A stretch of 63,890 nt of DNA, filler included, from Octopus bimaculoides (lineage: Eukaryota), in NCBI RefSeq assembly GCF_001194135.2. It is 6 parts of 6 records of this genome, joined end to end, with 100 filler letters (N's around TTAATTAATTAA, not from the genome) between each part and the next. Parts side by side here need not be neighbours in the genome. Positions count along the whole stretch, not along the records: positions 36,452 to 41,784 come from NC_069001.1; positions 41,885 to 54,322 come from NC_069005.1; 4 more parts are not named here. One strand, 5' to 3'. The notes under the pieces were generated by a model. It was given only the letters and a program-made list of their open reading frames with translations. It had not been told where the DNA came from and made no database searches. Position numbers and translations under genes: made by a program. Below are positions 38,046 through 53,800 of the stretch, in pieces. Every line of letters begins with the position of its first letter. The first letter of the stretch is position 1.

Positions 38046-41000
38046 TTTTGTTGTAACTTGACGAATGAAATAATTAAGTTAATTAAGTTAGCAAAACATT
38101 GCAAAACATTTGACACGACGCAGTATTACAACCGTATACGGTAGTATATAACTGATACTTAATTATAAATTCTGTAATTATGAACAAGCTTAGTCAATCT
38201 GCACTCACAATATTGAAGTAGAAATTTAATGTGTTTAAGCTTGTAATCCGGTGATCTTCCACGTTATACATAAAACCCTTGACATTTAATGAAATAAATT
38301 GAATTATCTGTTAACACACCTTCTGTGATTATTAGCAGCAAATCTACAGCAGTCAACGGAATGACTGCACGTTAATTAACTTTTGTGGTTGTCTGCAGCT
38401 GATGTCATCTTTCTTTAACTCATGAAAGGCATGGATGAGTAAACGAATGATTAAAAATAGCATGCTATCCTTGACGCTCATTTTTTCTCGCTATTCTTAA
38501 CACTATATTATCCAAAGTGCTGTTCCTTTTAAAAATAAGTTGTGTTATTTGAAGCAAAATGGCTGTTAGTTGTGAAGGTTAAGAAGCCTCTCTTGATTTG
38601 TTTCTTCTGGTTTTTTAATTGTTTTTTTTTTGTAACTGTGCAAGAAACAGAAGGGATAGAACGGAAGTGTTAAAGTGTTATGTATTATTTCGTAGTTTTA
38701 TTTGCTAAGTCCATCGTTAAAACTGGCCAAGAAATTAAATGTATAGAGCATCCCACTCGTAAAAATCTCGTTCATTTTCAGAGACTACTCAAATATAACA
38801 AATACTCTATATCTAAGAAACTAGCAAGCAATTTCTGTGAAGGAAACATTTGACTGCTATTTCTTTTTAAGTCGAACACCCATGTTGGTGGATATGATTT
38901 TCGTTCAAATGTTTTATTTTGTTGCAGATGATAGCGCTACAAGGGGGAATAATCCTTTCTACTAAAGGTACAAAGCCTGAAATTAGTGAGGAAGGGCCTA
39001 GTGGATTCTATCGACTCCAATGTTTCACTGGTGCTTAATTTATCGACACCTAAAGGACGAAAGGCAAAGTCTACCTTGGCAGAATTTGAAGTCAGAACGT
39101 ATAGCGACGGGTGAAACACCGCTAAGCATTTCGGTCAGAGTGCTAACGATTCTACCAGATCGACGCCTTTATCAGCAAGAATGACAATATATGTTTAGTC
39201 GCATTTACCTCCAACCCCGCCTTCTGCTTCATTTAACCTAATGAATGGCAGAATCGTTAGAATGTCGAAACGAATGCTTTGGAATGTTAGCACCGAGTCT
39301 CGGGCTCTGAGTTCAGGTTCCTTTTAGATCAAATATGAGCTTCATTTTGGGGATCTGTAAAAATGTACGAATATAAAGCGCTGGATTGGCGGAAACGTGA
39401 AAACGTCAACTAGATGCCTTGCAATATCTGTTTCAGTTATTTTGCCTTTCATCATTTCAGAGTTGATAGAATAAGTAGCAGTTGATCACTGGGAGCGATC
39501 TAATCGACTTACCCACTCTCTCTAACTTCCTGACATTGTGCCAAAATTTGACACCAATATTTCTTTCAGTTATTTTCCTTCAGAGTTCATATCCTGGTAT
39601 AGACTACATGTGTCTCCTATACTTCACTCGTCCTCAGTTTTAAAACCACAATCTCGTAACTTCGTTGCCTTTAACGGAGTTCACTCCGATGCAATGATTC
39701 AGATCCGATATCCAGTTTGAAGATAACTTTCTATCTATCTCACACTAATCTCAGGGGCCCTATAATGAGTCCAGATCTAAAGTTAAAAATAATGAGTCCA
39801 GATCTAAAGAGTTAAAAAACTAATATATCTCAGGGAAGATGAATCTTAATACTGCAAAAGTGTGTTATAAATGTTGTAAATTAAATCACACTGCAGCACT
39901 ACCTGAATGTGGAGCAGATTAGGTCTATCTTGATATCGTTACGGTTGCTATTGTCATGCTTAGTTGACAGGGGTAGATGTACGATATATTTGGAAAGTTA
40001 TTATTAAATGATATCTTTGGAAAGTTATTATTTTTAGCTTTCCGTCGTATTTTAATATCTTGAACAAGGTAAATGACCTCAGTTCTCAGCCATATACTAA
40101 ACTCCATCGAATATTTTCTTCGACAGCGTACACATGTATACTTTCTGATTTTCATATGTACGTTTTTGGAAATCAGTGAACTGTCAGAAGCTTTTATACA
40201 CTGGACAAAATGTTTAACAAAATGTTTACATTTTGAGTTCAAATTCTGCCATGTTCGACTTTGTCTTTCATCCTTTTGGGGACGATTACATAAGCACCGA
40301 TCAATTCCTGAGATCATGTCATCGATCGTGTCCCAAAGTTTCAAGCCTTGTGTCTACAGTAGAGAAGAGATACATGTCTTCGGTTCATGCATGGCTTTAT
40401 AGTTTAAGAGTTTATCTGTCAACGATATCACTTTCAATTCAATCCTAGTAACACTACTACAGTATCTATTGGCCTATCAATGCTTTTCATTTTCAACTTT
40501 GTAGAAGTGTATGGAACCCGTAGAGGTGAGGATCGTTCTTGTTTCGTCTAAATGTGCTTCCTGTTTCAATGCCGATATTTGTGCCGACATTAGAAGAGAC
40601 CCCTCTGCTACAAGCATTCTGGTTAGATACCATCTCTGAGTATAACGTTCTATATTTCTTCCACAATTCACTTTGTAGGGGTCATGAAGGAAGCTATTCT
40701 AACACTGGACATGTCCTTTCTTCTCTGACTAAGCTATTTAAATAATGCGGAAAAAAAATTACACAACCGACTTCCTCAGACAGTTTAATTGCATTGAACA
40801 TTAATATTCACCCTGAGTGAACATTGTTTTGTCAACTACGAGATATAAACTGCAAAATATTATGAAAACCAATTACAATACATTAACTTTTGTTGCAATT
40901 TTCAGAGAAATAATAAATTATGCTCATAGAAATCACTAGGATATTAATGGCGATCTGAAGATTTTTAAATCCGGCACTAACATCAGAAAATAGCTTCGTT

Positions 41001-41738
41001 TATCCTTTTCTTTCTCTGTAACTTTTCCTTTCACTTGCTCAGGATATTTTAATTGAAACCTGCTTCTATAATCTTCAACTCAATGCCTAATAGAATTGTA
41101 CCAATACTGTAGTAAAGTCTTTTGTGCCAAGGAAGTGATAAGACTGTAATTGTTGAATTTCAAATTATATATCAGCAAAGGCCACGTCAATAACGCAGCA
41201 AAAATCGAATCAAGTCTTATCTTATTTGTATTCCTGATAACATTTATACTCGAATTCCTTGCGCCTATAATGCATTGAATTCGAAATATACGCATAATTT
41301 GCTGACGAGAATAAATATTTGAAATAAGGTGAGGCTTTTGTGTCACATGTTTAATACGTAACCCTATCTGAAAGATCCATTCTGCATTTCACACCAGGTT
41401 GTATGATTTAGGGGTTAAAGGGTGAAATTTAATAGACGACGTTAGCGGAATTTAGATAATAGTCGTTGAAAATGTAACCTTTATCCACCGCGTTGCAATG
41501 TTTAAGAATATTCGGTTAACGTTTAGTTTGTCAACAGGAATTCATGAAGTAGATGTATACCACATGGAGACCTATATGCAGTAATGAAAATATATTTTCG
41601 CCTTTTAGGTATAAGTGGATGCGTATAAATGGGAGTGAGTGCCAGCGCAGCGAAATATATAGCACTTAAAGTATTTCAGACATATATATATTTATTCCAT
41701 TGTTCGCAGAGCACGAAGTACATACATACATACATACA

Positions 41739-41784
<46 letters not shown>

Positions 41785-41884
41785 NNNNNNNNNNNNNNNN
41801 NNNNNNNNNNNNNNNNNNNNNNNNNNNNTTAATTAATTAANNNNNNNNNNNNNNNNNNNNNNNNNNNNNNNNNNNNNNNNNNNN
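41785..41884. other. Artificial concatenation spacer
   Basis: N44-TTAATTAATTAA(41829-41840)-N44. Confidence 0.95.
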
Positions 41885-44800
41885 AACGAACGAACGAACG
41901 AAGGTACGAACGACCGAACGATCGAAGGAACGAACGTACGTACGGAACTATCTACTGACGTACGTTCGTTCGTTAATTCGTACTTACGCATGTACGTACG
42001 TACACACGTACGTACGTACGCACATCGTACGTACGCACGTCGTACGTACGCACGTCGTACGTACGCACGTCGTACGTACGTACGTACGTTCGTTCGTTCG
42101 ATCGTTCGTACGTACGTATGTACGTACCTTCGTTAGTTATTTCGTTAGTTCGTTCGTTCGTTCGTTTGTACGTCTGTACGTACATATGTACGTTCGATTG
42201 TTCGTGCGTACGTACGTACGTACGTTCGTTCTTTCGTTCGTTCCTTCGATCGTTCGGTCGTTCGTTCGTTCGTTCATTCGTACATACGCACGTACGTTCG
42301 TTCGTTCGTACTTACGTTCGTTCGTTTGTTCGTACGTACGTTTGTTCGTTAATTCTGTCGTTCGATCGTTCGTTCGTTCTTTCGTTCGTCTGTTCGTTTG
42401 AACGTAAGTTCGTTCGTTCGTTTGTATGTATTTACGTACGTATGTACGTTCGTTTGTTCATTTGTGCGGACGTAATTAGGTACGTACTCACAAACGATCT
42501 TTCGTTCGTTCGTACGTACATATCTACGTACGTACGACCGTTCGTTAGTTCGTACGTACGCATGTACGTACGTACACACGTTGGTACGCAGGTACGTACG
42601 TACGCACGTCGTACGTCGTACGTCGCACGTACGTTCGTTCGTTCGGACGTACGTATGTACGTACCTTCGTTAGTTCTTTCGTTCTCTCGTACGTACGTAC
42701 GAATCAACGAAAGAACGAATGAAAAAAAGTACGTACGTACGAACGAATGAGCGAAAGAATTAAAGAAAGAAAGAAGAAACGAACGATAGAACAAACGATT
42801 TAACGAACAAATGTAGGTAGATACGTACGAACGAACGAACAACCGTACGTACGAAGGAACGAACATACACGCGTACGAACGAAAGAAAGGACAAACGAAA
42901 TAAAGAAAAAACGAACGTAAATACGTACGAACGAACGAGCGAACTTACGTTCGAACGAACAGACGAACGAACGAACGAACGAACGATCGAACGAAAGAAT
43001 TAACGAACAAACGTACGTACGAACGAACGGACGAACGAACGAAGGANNNNNNNNNNNNNNNNNNNNNNNNNNNNNNNNNNNNNNNNNNNNNNNNNNNNNN
43101 NNNNNNNNNNNNNNNNNNNNNNNNNNNNNNNNNNNNNNNNNNNNNNNNNNNNNNNNNNNNNNNNNNNNNNNNNNNNNNNNNNNNNNNNNNNNNNNNNNNN
43201 NNNNNNNNNNNNNNNNNNNNNNNNNNNNNNNNNNNNNNNNNNNNNNNNNNNNNNNNNNNNNNNNNNNNNNNNNNNNNNNNNNNNNNNNNNNNNNNNNNNN
43301 NNNNNNNNNNNNNNNNNNNNNNNNNNNNNNNNNNNNNNNNNNNNNNNNNNNNNNNNNNNNNNNNNNNNNNNNNNNNNNNNNNNNNNNNNNNNNNNNNNNN
43401 NNNNNNNNNNNNNNNNNNNNNNNNNNNNNNNNNNNNNNNNNNNNNNNNNNNNNNNNNNNNNNNNNNNNNNNNNNNNNNNNNNNNNNNNNNNNNNNNNNNN
43501 NNNNNNNNNNNNNNNNNNNNNNNNNNNNNNNNNNNNNNNNNNNNNNNNNNNNNNNNNNNNNNNNNNNNNNNNNNNNNNNNNNNNNNNNNNNNNNNNNNNN
43601 NNNNNNNNNNNNNNNNNNNNNNNNNNNNNNNNNNNNNNNNNNNNNNNNNNNNNNNNNNNNNNNNNNNNNNNNNNNNNNNNNNNNNNNNNNNNNNNNNNNN
43701 NNNNNNNNNNNNNNNNNNNNNNNNNNNNNNNNNNNNNNNNNNNNNNNNNNNNNNNNNNNNNNNNNNNNNNNNNNNNNNNNNNNNNNNNNNNNNNNNNNNN
43801 NNNNNNNNNNNNNNNNNNNNNNNNNNNNNNNNNNNNNNNNNNNNNNNNNNNNNNNNNNNNNNNNNNNNNNNNNNNNNNNNNNNNNNNNNNNTCATTCTTA
43901 CGTTAGTTCGTTCGTTTTTCGTAGCTACGTACGTATGTACGTTCGTTTTTTCATTCGTTGGTTAAGTCTTACGTATGTACGTTCGTTTGTTCATTTGTGC
44001 GTACATACTTAGGTACGTACCCACACACGATCGTTCGTTCGTTCGTACGTACATATCTACGTACGTACGATCGTTCGTTAGTTCGTACGTACGCATGTAC
44101 GTACGTACACACGTTGGTACGCAGGTACGTACGTACGTACGCACGTCGTACGTCGCACGTCGTACGTACGTTCGTTCGTTCGGTCGTTCGTTCGTACGTA
44201 TGTATGTACCTTCGTTAGTTCTTTCGTTCCTTCGTTAGATCGTTTGTTTGTTCGTACGTACGTTCGTTCGTTCGATCGTTCGATTGTTCATGCGTACGCA
44301 CGATTGTTCGTACGTACGTACGTACGTTCGTTCTTTCGTTCGTTCCTTCGATCGTTCGGTCGTTCGTTCATTCGTACATACGTACGTACGTTCGTTCGTC
44401 CGTTCGTTCTTACGAACGTTTGTTCGTTAAATTTTTCGTTCGATCGTTCGTTCGTTTTTTCGTTCGTGAGTACGTTCGAACGTAAGTTCGCTCGTTCGTT
44501 CNNNNNNNNNNNNNNNNNNNNNNNNNNNNNNNNNNNNNNNNNNNNNNNNNNNNNNNNNNNNNNNNNNNNNNNNNNNNNNNNNNNNNNNNNNNNNNNNNNN
44601 NATACGTACGAACGAACGAACAAACAGCCGTACGTACGAAGGAACAAACGATCGAACGAATGTACGTACGTACGTATGTACGAATGAACGAACGAACGAA
44701 CGAACGACCGTACGATCGAAGGAACGAACGAAGAACGAACGTACGTACGTACGTACGAACAATCGTACGTACGCATGAACAATCGAACGATCGAACGAAC

Positions 44801-47800
44801 GTAGGAACGGACGAACGATCTAATGAAGGAACGAAAGAACTAAAGAAGGTACGTACATACGTACGTACGAACGATCGAACGAACGAACGTACGTACGAAC
44901 GAACGAACGCTCTAACGAAAGAATGAAAGATCTAACGAAGGTAAGTACGTACGTACGTATGAACGAACGAACGAACGTACGGCGTGCGTACGTATGTACG
45001 TACCTGCGTACCAACGTGTGTACGTACGAACTAACGAACGAACATACGTATCTNNNNNNNNNNNNNNNNNNNNNNNNNNNNNNNNNNNNNNNNNNNNNNN
45101 NNNNNNNNNNNNNNNNNNNNNNNNNNNNNNNNNNNNNNNNNNNNNNNNNNNNNNNNNNNNNNNNNNNNNNNNNNNNNNNNNNNNNNNNNNNNNNNNNNNN
45201 NNNNNNNNNNNNNNNNNNNNNNNNNNNNNNNNNNNNNNNNNNNNNNNNNNNNNNNNNNNNNNNNNNNNNNNNNNNNNNNNNNNNNNNNNNNNNNNNNNNN
45301 NNNNNNNNNNNNNNNNNNNNNNNNNNNNNNNNNNNNNNNNNNNNNNNNNNNNNNNNNNNNNNNNNNNNNNNNNNNNNNNNNNNNNNNNNNNNNNNNNNNN
45401 NNNNNNNNNNNNNNNNNNNNNNNNNNNNNNNNNNNNNNNNNNNNNNNNNNNNNNNNNNNNNNNNNNNNNNNNNNNNNNNNNNNNNNNNNNNNNNNNNNNN
45501 NNNNNNNNNNNNNNNNNNNNNNNNNNNNNNNNNNNNNNNNNNNNNNGTACGTACCTGCGTACCAACGTGTGTACGTACGAACTAACGAACGATCGTACGT
45601 ACTTAGATATGTACGTACGAACGAACGAACGATCGTATGTGAGTACGTACCTAATTACGTACGCACAAATGAACAAACGAACGTACATACGTACGTAACT
45701 ACGAACGAACGAGCGAACTAACGTAAGAATGAACCAACGAATGAAAAAACGAACGTACATACGAACGAACGGACGTGCGTACGTACGAACGAATGAACGA
45801 ACGAAAGTACGTACGTACGTACGAACGAACGAAAGTACGTATATACGTTCGAAGGAAAGAACGAACGTACGTGCGTACGAACGAAAGAAAGAACAAACGA
45901 ACTAAAGAAAGAAATAAAGAAAAATCGAACGTACATACGTACGTAAATACATACAAACGAACGAACTTACGTTAGAACGAACAGACGAACAAAAGAACGA
46001 TCGAACAATCGAACGACAGAATTAACGAACAAACGCACGTACGAAAGAACGAACGAACGAACGAACGAACGTAAGTACGAACGAACGAACGTACGTGCGT
46101 ACGTACGTATGTACGAACGAACGAACGAACGATCGATCGAAAGAATTAATGAACAAACGTACCTACGAACGAACGGACGAACGTACGTACGTACCTACGT
46201 ATGTAAGAATGAAAGAACGAACGAACGAATGTTCGTACGAACGATCGAACGATCTAACGAAAGAACGATGTGCGTACGTACGTACCTGCGTACCAACGTG
46301 TGTAGTACGTACATGCGTATATACGAACAAACGAACCAACGTACGTACGTAGATAAATACGTACGAACGAACGAACGATCGTACGTAAGTACGTACCTAA
46401 GTACGTACGCATGAATAAACGTACGAACCTACATACGTACGTACCTACGAACGAACGAACGAACTAACGAACAATCGTACGTACGTAGATATGTACGTAC
46501 GAACGAACGATCGTGTGTGAGTACGTACCTAATTACGTACGCACAAATGAACAAACGAACTACATACGTACGTAAATACATACAAACGNNNNNNNNNNAC
46601 ATGCGTATATACGAACAAACGAACCAACGTACGTACGTAGATAAATACGTACGAACGAACGAACGATCGTACGTAAGTACGTACCTAAGTACGTACGCAT
46701 GAATAAACGTACGAACCTACATACGTACGTACCTACGAACGAACGAACGAACTAACGAACAATCGTACGTACGTAGATATGTACGTACGAACGAACGATC
46801 GTGTGTGAGTACGTACCTAATTACGTACGCACAAATGAACAAACGAACTACATACGTACGTAAATACATACAAACGAACGAACGAACTTACGTTCGAACG
46901 AACAGACGAAATTACGTTCGAACGAACAGACGAACGAAAGAACGAACGAACGATCGAACGACAGAATTAACGAACAAACATACGTACGAACAAACGAACG
47001 AACGTACGTACGAACGAACGTAAGTACGAACGAACGTAAGTACGTACGAACGTAAGTACGAACGACCGAACGTACGTGCATATGTACGAATGAACGAACG
47101 AACGAACGACCGAACGATCGAAGGAACGAACGAAAGAACGAACGTACGTACGTACGTACGCACGAACAATCGTACGTACGTATGTACGTACAGACGTACA
47201 AACGAACGAACGAACGAACTATCGAAAGAACGTACTAACAAATGAACGAATGAACGAAAGAATTAAAGAACGAAAGAAGGAACGAACGTTAGAACAAACG
47301 ATTTAACAAACAAATGTAGGTACGTACGAACGAACGAACGAACGAACGGCCGTACGTACGAAGGAACAAACGAACGAACGAACGTACGTACGTACGTACG
47401 TGGGAACGAACGAACGATTGAACTAACGAAGAAACGATATAATGGAACGTGCGTACGAACGAACAAAAGTACGTATGTACGTACGAACGAACGAACGAAC
47501 GTAAGTACGAACGAACGAACTACGTGCGTACGTACCTACGTATGTACGAATGAAAGATCGAACGAACGAACGTATGTACGTACGTACGACGTGCGTACGT
47601 ACGTGCGTAAGTACGAATTAACGAACGAACGTACGTCAGTAGATAAGCCCGTACGAACGAACGAGGGATCGTACGTAAGTAGGTACCTGACGTACGCACG
47701 AATGAACAAACGAACGTACATATGTACGTACCTACGAACGAACGAACGAACGAAAGAACGTACTAACAAATGAACGAATGAACGAAAGAATTAAAGAACG

Positions 47801-50800
47801 AAAGAAGGAACGAACGTTAGAACAAATGATTTAACAAACAAATGTAAGTACGTACGTACGAACGAACGAACGAACAGCCGTACGTACGAAGGAACAAACG
47901 AACAAACGAACGTACGTACGTACGTATGTACGAATGAACGAACGAACGAACGAACGAACGAGCGACCGAACGATCGAAGGAACGAACGAAAGAACGATGG
48001 TACGTACGTACGTACGAACAATCGTACGTACGCATGAACAATCGAACGATCGAACGAACGAACGTACGTACGTACGACGTGCGACGTACGACGTGCGACG
48101 TACGACGTGCGTACGTACNNNNNNNNNNCGAACGTACGTACGTACGACGTGCGACGTACGACGTGCGACGTACGACGTGCGTACGTACGTACGTACCTGC
48201 GTACCAACGTGTGTACGTATGTACATGCGTACGTACGAACTAACGAACTATCGTACGTACGTAGATATGTACGTACGAACGAACGAACGATCGTATGTGA
48301 GTACGTACCTATGTACGTACGCACAAATGAACAAACGAACGCACATACGTACGTAACTACGAACGAACGAACGAACTAACGTAAGAATGAACCAACGAAT
48401 GAAAAAACGAACGTACATACGTACGTAACTACGAACGAACGAACGAAATAACGTTAGAATGAACCAACGAATGAAAAAACGAACGTACATACGAACGAAC
48501 GAACGTGCGTACGTACGAACGAATGAACGAACGAAAGTACGTACGTACGTACGAACGAACGAAAGTACGTATATACGTTCGAAGGAACGAACGAACGTAC
48601 GTACGCACGAACAATCGTACGTACGCATGTACAATCGTACGTACGAATGTACGTACGGACGTACAAACGAACGAATGAACGTACGTACGAACGAACGAAC
48701 GATCTAACGAAAGAACGAAAGAACTAACGAAGGTACGTACATACGTACATACGAACGACCGAACGAACGAACGTACGATTTGCGACGTACGACGTGCGAC
48801 GTACGACGTACGACGTACGACGTGCGACGTACGACGTACGACGTGCGTACGTACGTACGTACATACCTGTGTACAAACGTGTGTACGTACGTACATGCGT
48901 TCGTACTATCTAACGAACGATCGTACATACGTAGATATGTACGTACGAACGAACGAACGATCGTATGTAAGTACGTACGCACGAATGAACAAACGAACGT
49001 ACATACGTACGTAACAACGAACGTACATACGTACGTAACAACGAACGTACGAACGAACTAACGAAAGAATGAACCAACGAATGAAAAAAACGAACTACAG
49101 AACGAAATAAAAAAACCGAACGTACATACGTACGTAAATACATACAAACGAAAGAACGAACGAACGATCGAACGACAGAATTAACGAACAAACGTACGTA
49201 CGAACGAACGAACGTAAGTACGAACTAACGAACGTACGTGCGTACGTACGTATGTACGAATGAACGAACGAACGAACGAACGATCGAAGAAACGAACGAA
49301 AGAACGAACGTACGTACGTGTTACGCACGAACAACCGTACGTACGGACGTACAAACGAACGAACGAACGAACGAACTAACAAAAGAACTAACGAAGGTAC
49401 GTACATACGTACGTACGTACGAACGACCGAACGAACGAACGTACGTACGTACGACATGCGTACGTACGTGTGTACGTATGTACGTCTGTACGTACGTAAG
49501 TGTGTACGTACGTACATGCGTAAGTACGAATTAACGAACGAACGTACGTAAGTAGATAAGTCCGTACGAACCAACGAGTGATCGTACGTAAGTAGGTACC
49601 TGACGTACGCACGAATGAACAAACGAACGTACATATGTACGTACCTACGAACGAACGAACGAACGAACTAACGAAAGAACGTACTAACAAATGAACAAAT
49701 GAACGAAAGAATTAAAGAACGAAAGAAGGAACGAACGTTAGAACAAACGATTTAACGAACAAATGTAGGTACATACGTACGAACGAACGAACGAACAGCC
49801 GTACGTACGAAGGACCAAACGAACGAACGAACGGTCGTACGTACGTGGGACCGAACGAACGATTAAACTAACGCACAAACGAAGAAACGAAATAACGGAA
49901 CGTACGAACGAAGGAACAAAAGAACGACCGAACGAACGAAAGTTTGAACGAATGAAAGTACTATGTACGTACAAACGAACGAACGAACGTACGTGCGTAC
50001 GAACGAAAGAAAGAACAAACGAAGTAAAGAACGAAATAAAGAAGAAACGAACGTACATACGTATGAACGAACGAGCGAACTTACGTTCGAACGAACAGAC
50101 GAACGAAAGAACGAACGAACGATCGAAATAACGAAAGAATTAACGAACAAACGTACGTACGAACTAACGGACGAATGAACGAACGTACGTATGTACGAAT
50201 GTACGAACGACCGAAGGATCGAAGGAACGAACGTACGTACGTACGCGCGAACAATCGTACGTACGTATGTACGAACGGACGTACAAACGAACGATCGAAC
50301 GAACGAACGTACGTACGAACGAACGAACGTACGTACGAACGAACGAACGCTCTAACGAAAGAATGAAAGATCTAACGAAGGTACGTACGTACGTACGTAT
50401 GAACGAACGAACGAACATACGGCTTGCGTACGTACGTACCTGCGTACTAACATGTGTACGTACGAACTAGCGAACTAACATACGTACCTAGATAAGTACG
50501 TACGAACGAACGAACCATCGTACGTAAGTACGTACCTAAGTACGTACGCACGAATGAACAAACGAACGTAAATACGTACGTAACTACGAAAGAATGAACG
50601 TACGAACGAACGAACGTACGTGCGTATGTACGAATGTACGAACGAACGAACGACCGAATTATTGAACGAACGAACGTACGTACGAACGAACGGACTATCT
50701 AACGAAAGAAAGAAAGAACTAACGAAGATACAGACATACGTACGTACGTATGAACGACCGAACGAATGAACGTACGTACGACGTACGGCATGCGTACGTA

Positions 50801-53800
50801 CGTACGTACGTAGCTGCGTACCAACGTGTGTACGTACGTACAAGCGTACGTACGAACTAACGAACGAATGTACGTACGTTGATAAGTACGTACGAACGAA
50901 CGTACGGACGATCGTACCTAAGTATATACGCATGAATGAACAAACGAAAGTACATACGTACGTAACTACGAACGAACTAACGAAAGAATGAACCAACGAN
51001 NNNNNNNNNNNNNNNNNNNNNNNNNNNNNNNNNNNNNNNNNNNNNNNNNNNNNNNNNNNNNNNNNNNNNNNNNNNNNNNNNNNNNNNNNNNNNNNNNNNN
51101 NNNNNNNNNNNNNNNNNNNNNNNNNNNNNNNNNNNNNNNNNNNNNNNNNNNNNNNNNNNNNNNNNNNNNNNNNNNNNNNNNNNNNNNNNNNNNNNNNNNN
51201 NNNNNNNNNNNNNNNNNNNNNNNNNNNNNNNNNNNNNNNNNNNNNNNNNNNNNNNNNNNNNNNNNNNNNNGTAACTACGAACGAACGAACGAACTAACGA
51301 AAGAATGAACCAACGAATGATCAAACGAACGTACGTACGTACGAACGAATGTGCGTATGGACGAACGAATGAACGAACGAAAGTACGTACTTACGTACGA
51401 ACGAACGAACGTACGTACTTGGGTACGTAGGTAGATAAGTCCGTACGAACGAACGAACGATCTTACGTAAGTAGGTAACTAAGTACGTATGCACGAATGA
51501 ACAAACGAACGTACATACGAACGAACGAACGAACGAACTAACGAAAGAAGGAACCAACGAATGAACAAAGGAGCGTACGTACGTACGAACGAACGAAAGA
51601 TTAAACAAACGAAAGTACGTATGTACGTACGAACGAACGAACGATCGTACGTAAGTACGTACCTAAGTACGTACGCACGAATAAACGAACGAACATACAT
51701 ACTACGTACCTACGAACGAACGAACGAACTAACGAAAGAATGAACCAACGAATGAACAAACGAACGTACGTACGTTGGAACGAATGTGCGTACATACGAA
51801 CGAATGAATGAACGAAAGATTGAACGAACGAAAGTACGTTTGTACATAAGAACGAACGAACGAACGTGCGTTCGTAAATACGTACGAACGAACGAGCGAA
51901 CTTACGTTCGAACGAACGAACGTACATACGTACCTTCGTATGTACGAATGAAAGAACGAACGAACGAATGTACGTACGAACGATCGAACGATCTAACGAA
52001 AGAACGATGTGCGTACGTACGTACCTGCGTACCAACGAGTGTAGTACGTACATGCGTACATACGAACAAACGAACCAACGTACGTACGTAGAAAAATACG
52101 TACGAACGAACGAAAGATCGTACGTAAGTACGTACCTAAGTACGTACGCACGAATAAACGAACGAACGTACATACTACGTACCTACGGACGAACGAACGA
52201 ACTAACGAAAGAATGAACCAACGAATGAATAAACGAAAGTACGTACGTTGGAACGAACGATCGTACGTACGTAGATATGTACGTACGAACGAACGAACGA
52301 TCGTGTGTGAGTACGTATCTAAGTACGTACGCACAAATGAACAAACGAACGTTCATACGTACGTAACTACGAACGAACGAACTAACGTACGTGCGTACGA
52401 ACTAAAGAAAGAACAAACGAACGATCGAAGGACAGAATTAACGAACGAACAAACGTACGTACGAACGAACGATCGAACGAACGAACGTACGTACGAACAA
52501 ACGAACGATCTAACGTAAGAACGAAAGAACTAACGAAGGTACGTACATACGTACGTACGAACGACCGAACGAACGACCGAACGAACGAACGTACGTACGA
52601 TGTGTGACGTACGACGTGCGACGTACGACGTACGACGTGCGTACGTACGTACGTACGTACATGCGTACGTATGAACTAACGAACGATCTACGTACGTAGA
52701 TATGTACGTACGAACGAACCAACGATCGTGTGTGAGTACGTACCTAAGTACGTACGCACAAATGAACAAACGAACGTACATACGTACGTAACTACAAACG
52801 AACGAACGAACGAACTAACGTAAGACTGAACCAACGAATGAAAGAAATAACGTAAGAATGAACCAACGAATGAAAAAACGAACGTACATACGAACGAACG
52901 AATGTGCGTACGTACGAACGAATGACCGAACGAAAGTACGTACGTACGTACGTACGAACAAACGAAAGTACGTATATACGTTCGAAGGAACGAACGAACG
53001 TACGTGCGTACGAACGAATGAANNNNNNNNNNNNNNNNNNNNNNNNNNNNNNNNNNNNNNNNNNNNNNNNNNNNNNNNNNNNNNNNNNNNNNNNNNNNNN
53101 NNNNNNNNNNNNNNNNNNNNNNNNNNNNNNNNNNNNNNNNNNNNNNNNNNNNNNNNNNNNNNNNNNNNNNNNNNNNNNNNNNNNNNNNNNNNNNNNNNNN
53201 NNNNNNNNNNNNNNNNNNNNNNNNNNNNNNNNNNNNNNNNNNNNNNNNNNNNNNNNNNNNNNNNNNNNNNNNNNNNNNNNNNNNNNNNNNNNNNNNNNNN
53301 NNNNNNNNNNNNNNNNNNNNNNNNNNNNNNNNNNNNNNNNNNNNNNNNNNNNNNNNNNNNNNNNNNNNNNNNNNNNNNNNNNNNNNNNNNNNNNNNNNNN
53401 NNNNNNNNNNNNNNNNNNNNNNNNNNNNNNNNNNNNNNNNNNNNNNNNNNNNNNNNNNNNNNNNNNNNNNNNNNNNNNNNNNNNNNNNNNNNNNNNNNNN
53501 NNNNNNNNNNNNNNNNNNNNNNNNNNNNNNNNNNNNNNNNNNNNNNNNNNNNNNNNNNNNNNNNNNNNNNNNNNNNNNNNNNNNNNNNNNNNNNNNNNNN
53601 NNNNNNNNNNNNNNNNNNNNNNNNNNNNNNNNNNNNNNNNNNNNNNNNNNNNNNNNNNNNNNNNNNNNNNNNNNNNNNNNNNNNNNNNNNNNNNNNNNNN
53701 NNNNNNNNNNNNNNNNNNNNNNNNNNNNNNNNNNNNNNNNNNNNNNNNNNTACGACGTACGACGTGCGTACGTACGTACGTACGTACATGCGTACGTATG

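Noticed and set aside
46311-46876. Exact 278-bp tandem duplication in the satellite
   Set aside because: Copies flank a 10-N gap, the typical signature of an unmerged contig overlap; the same applies at about 48119-48128.
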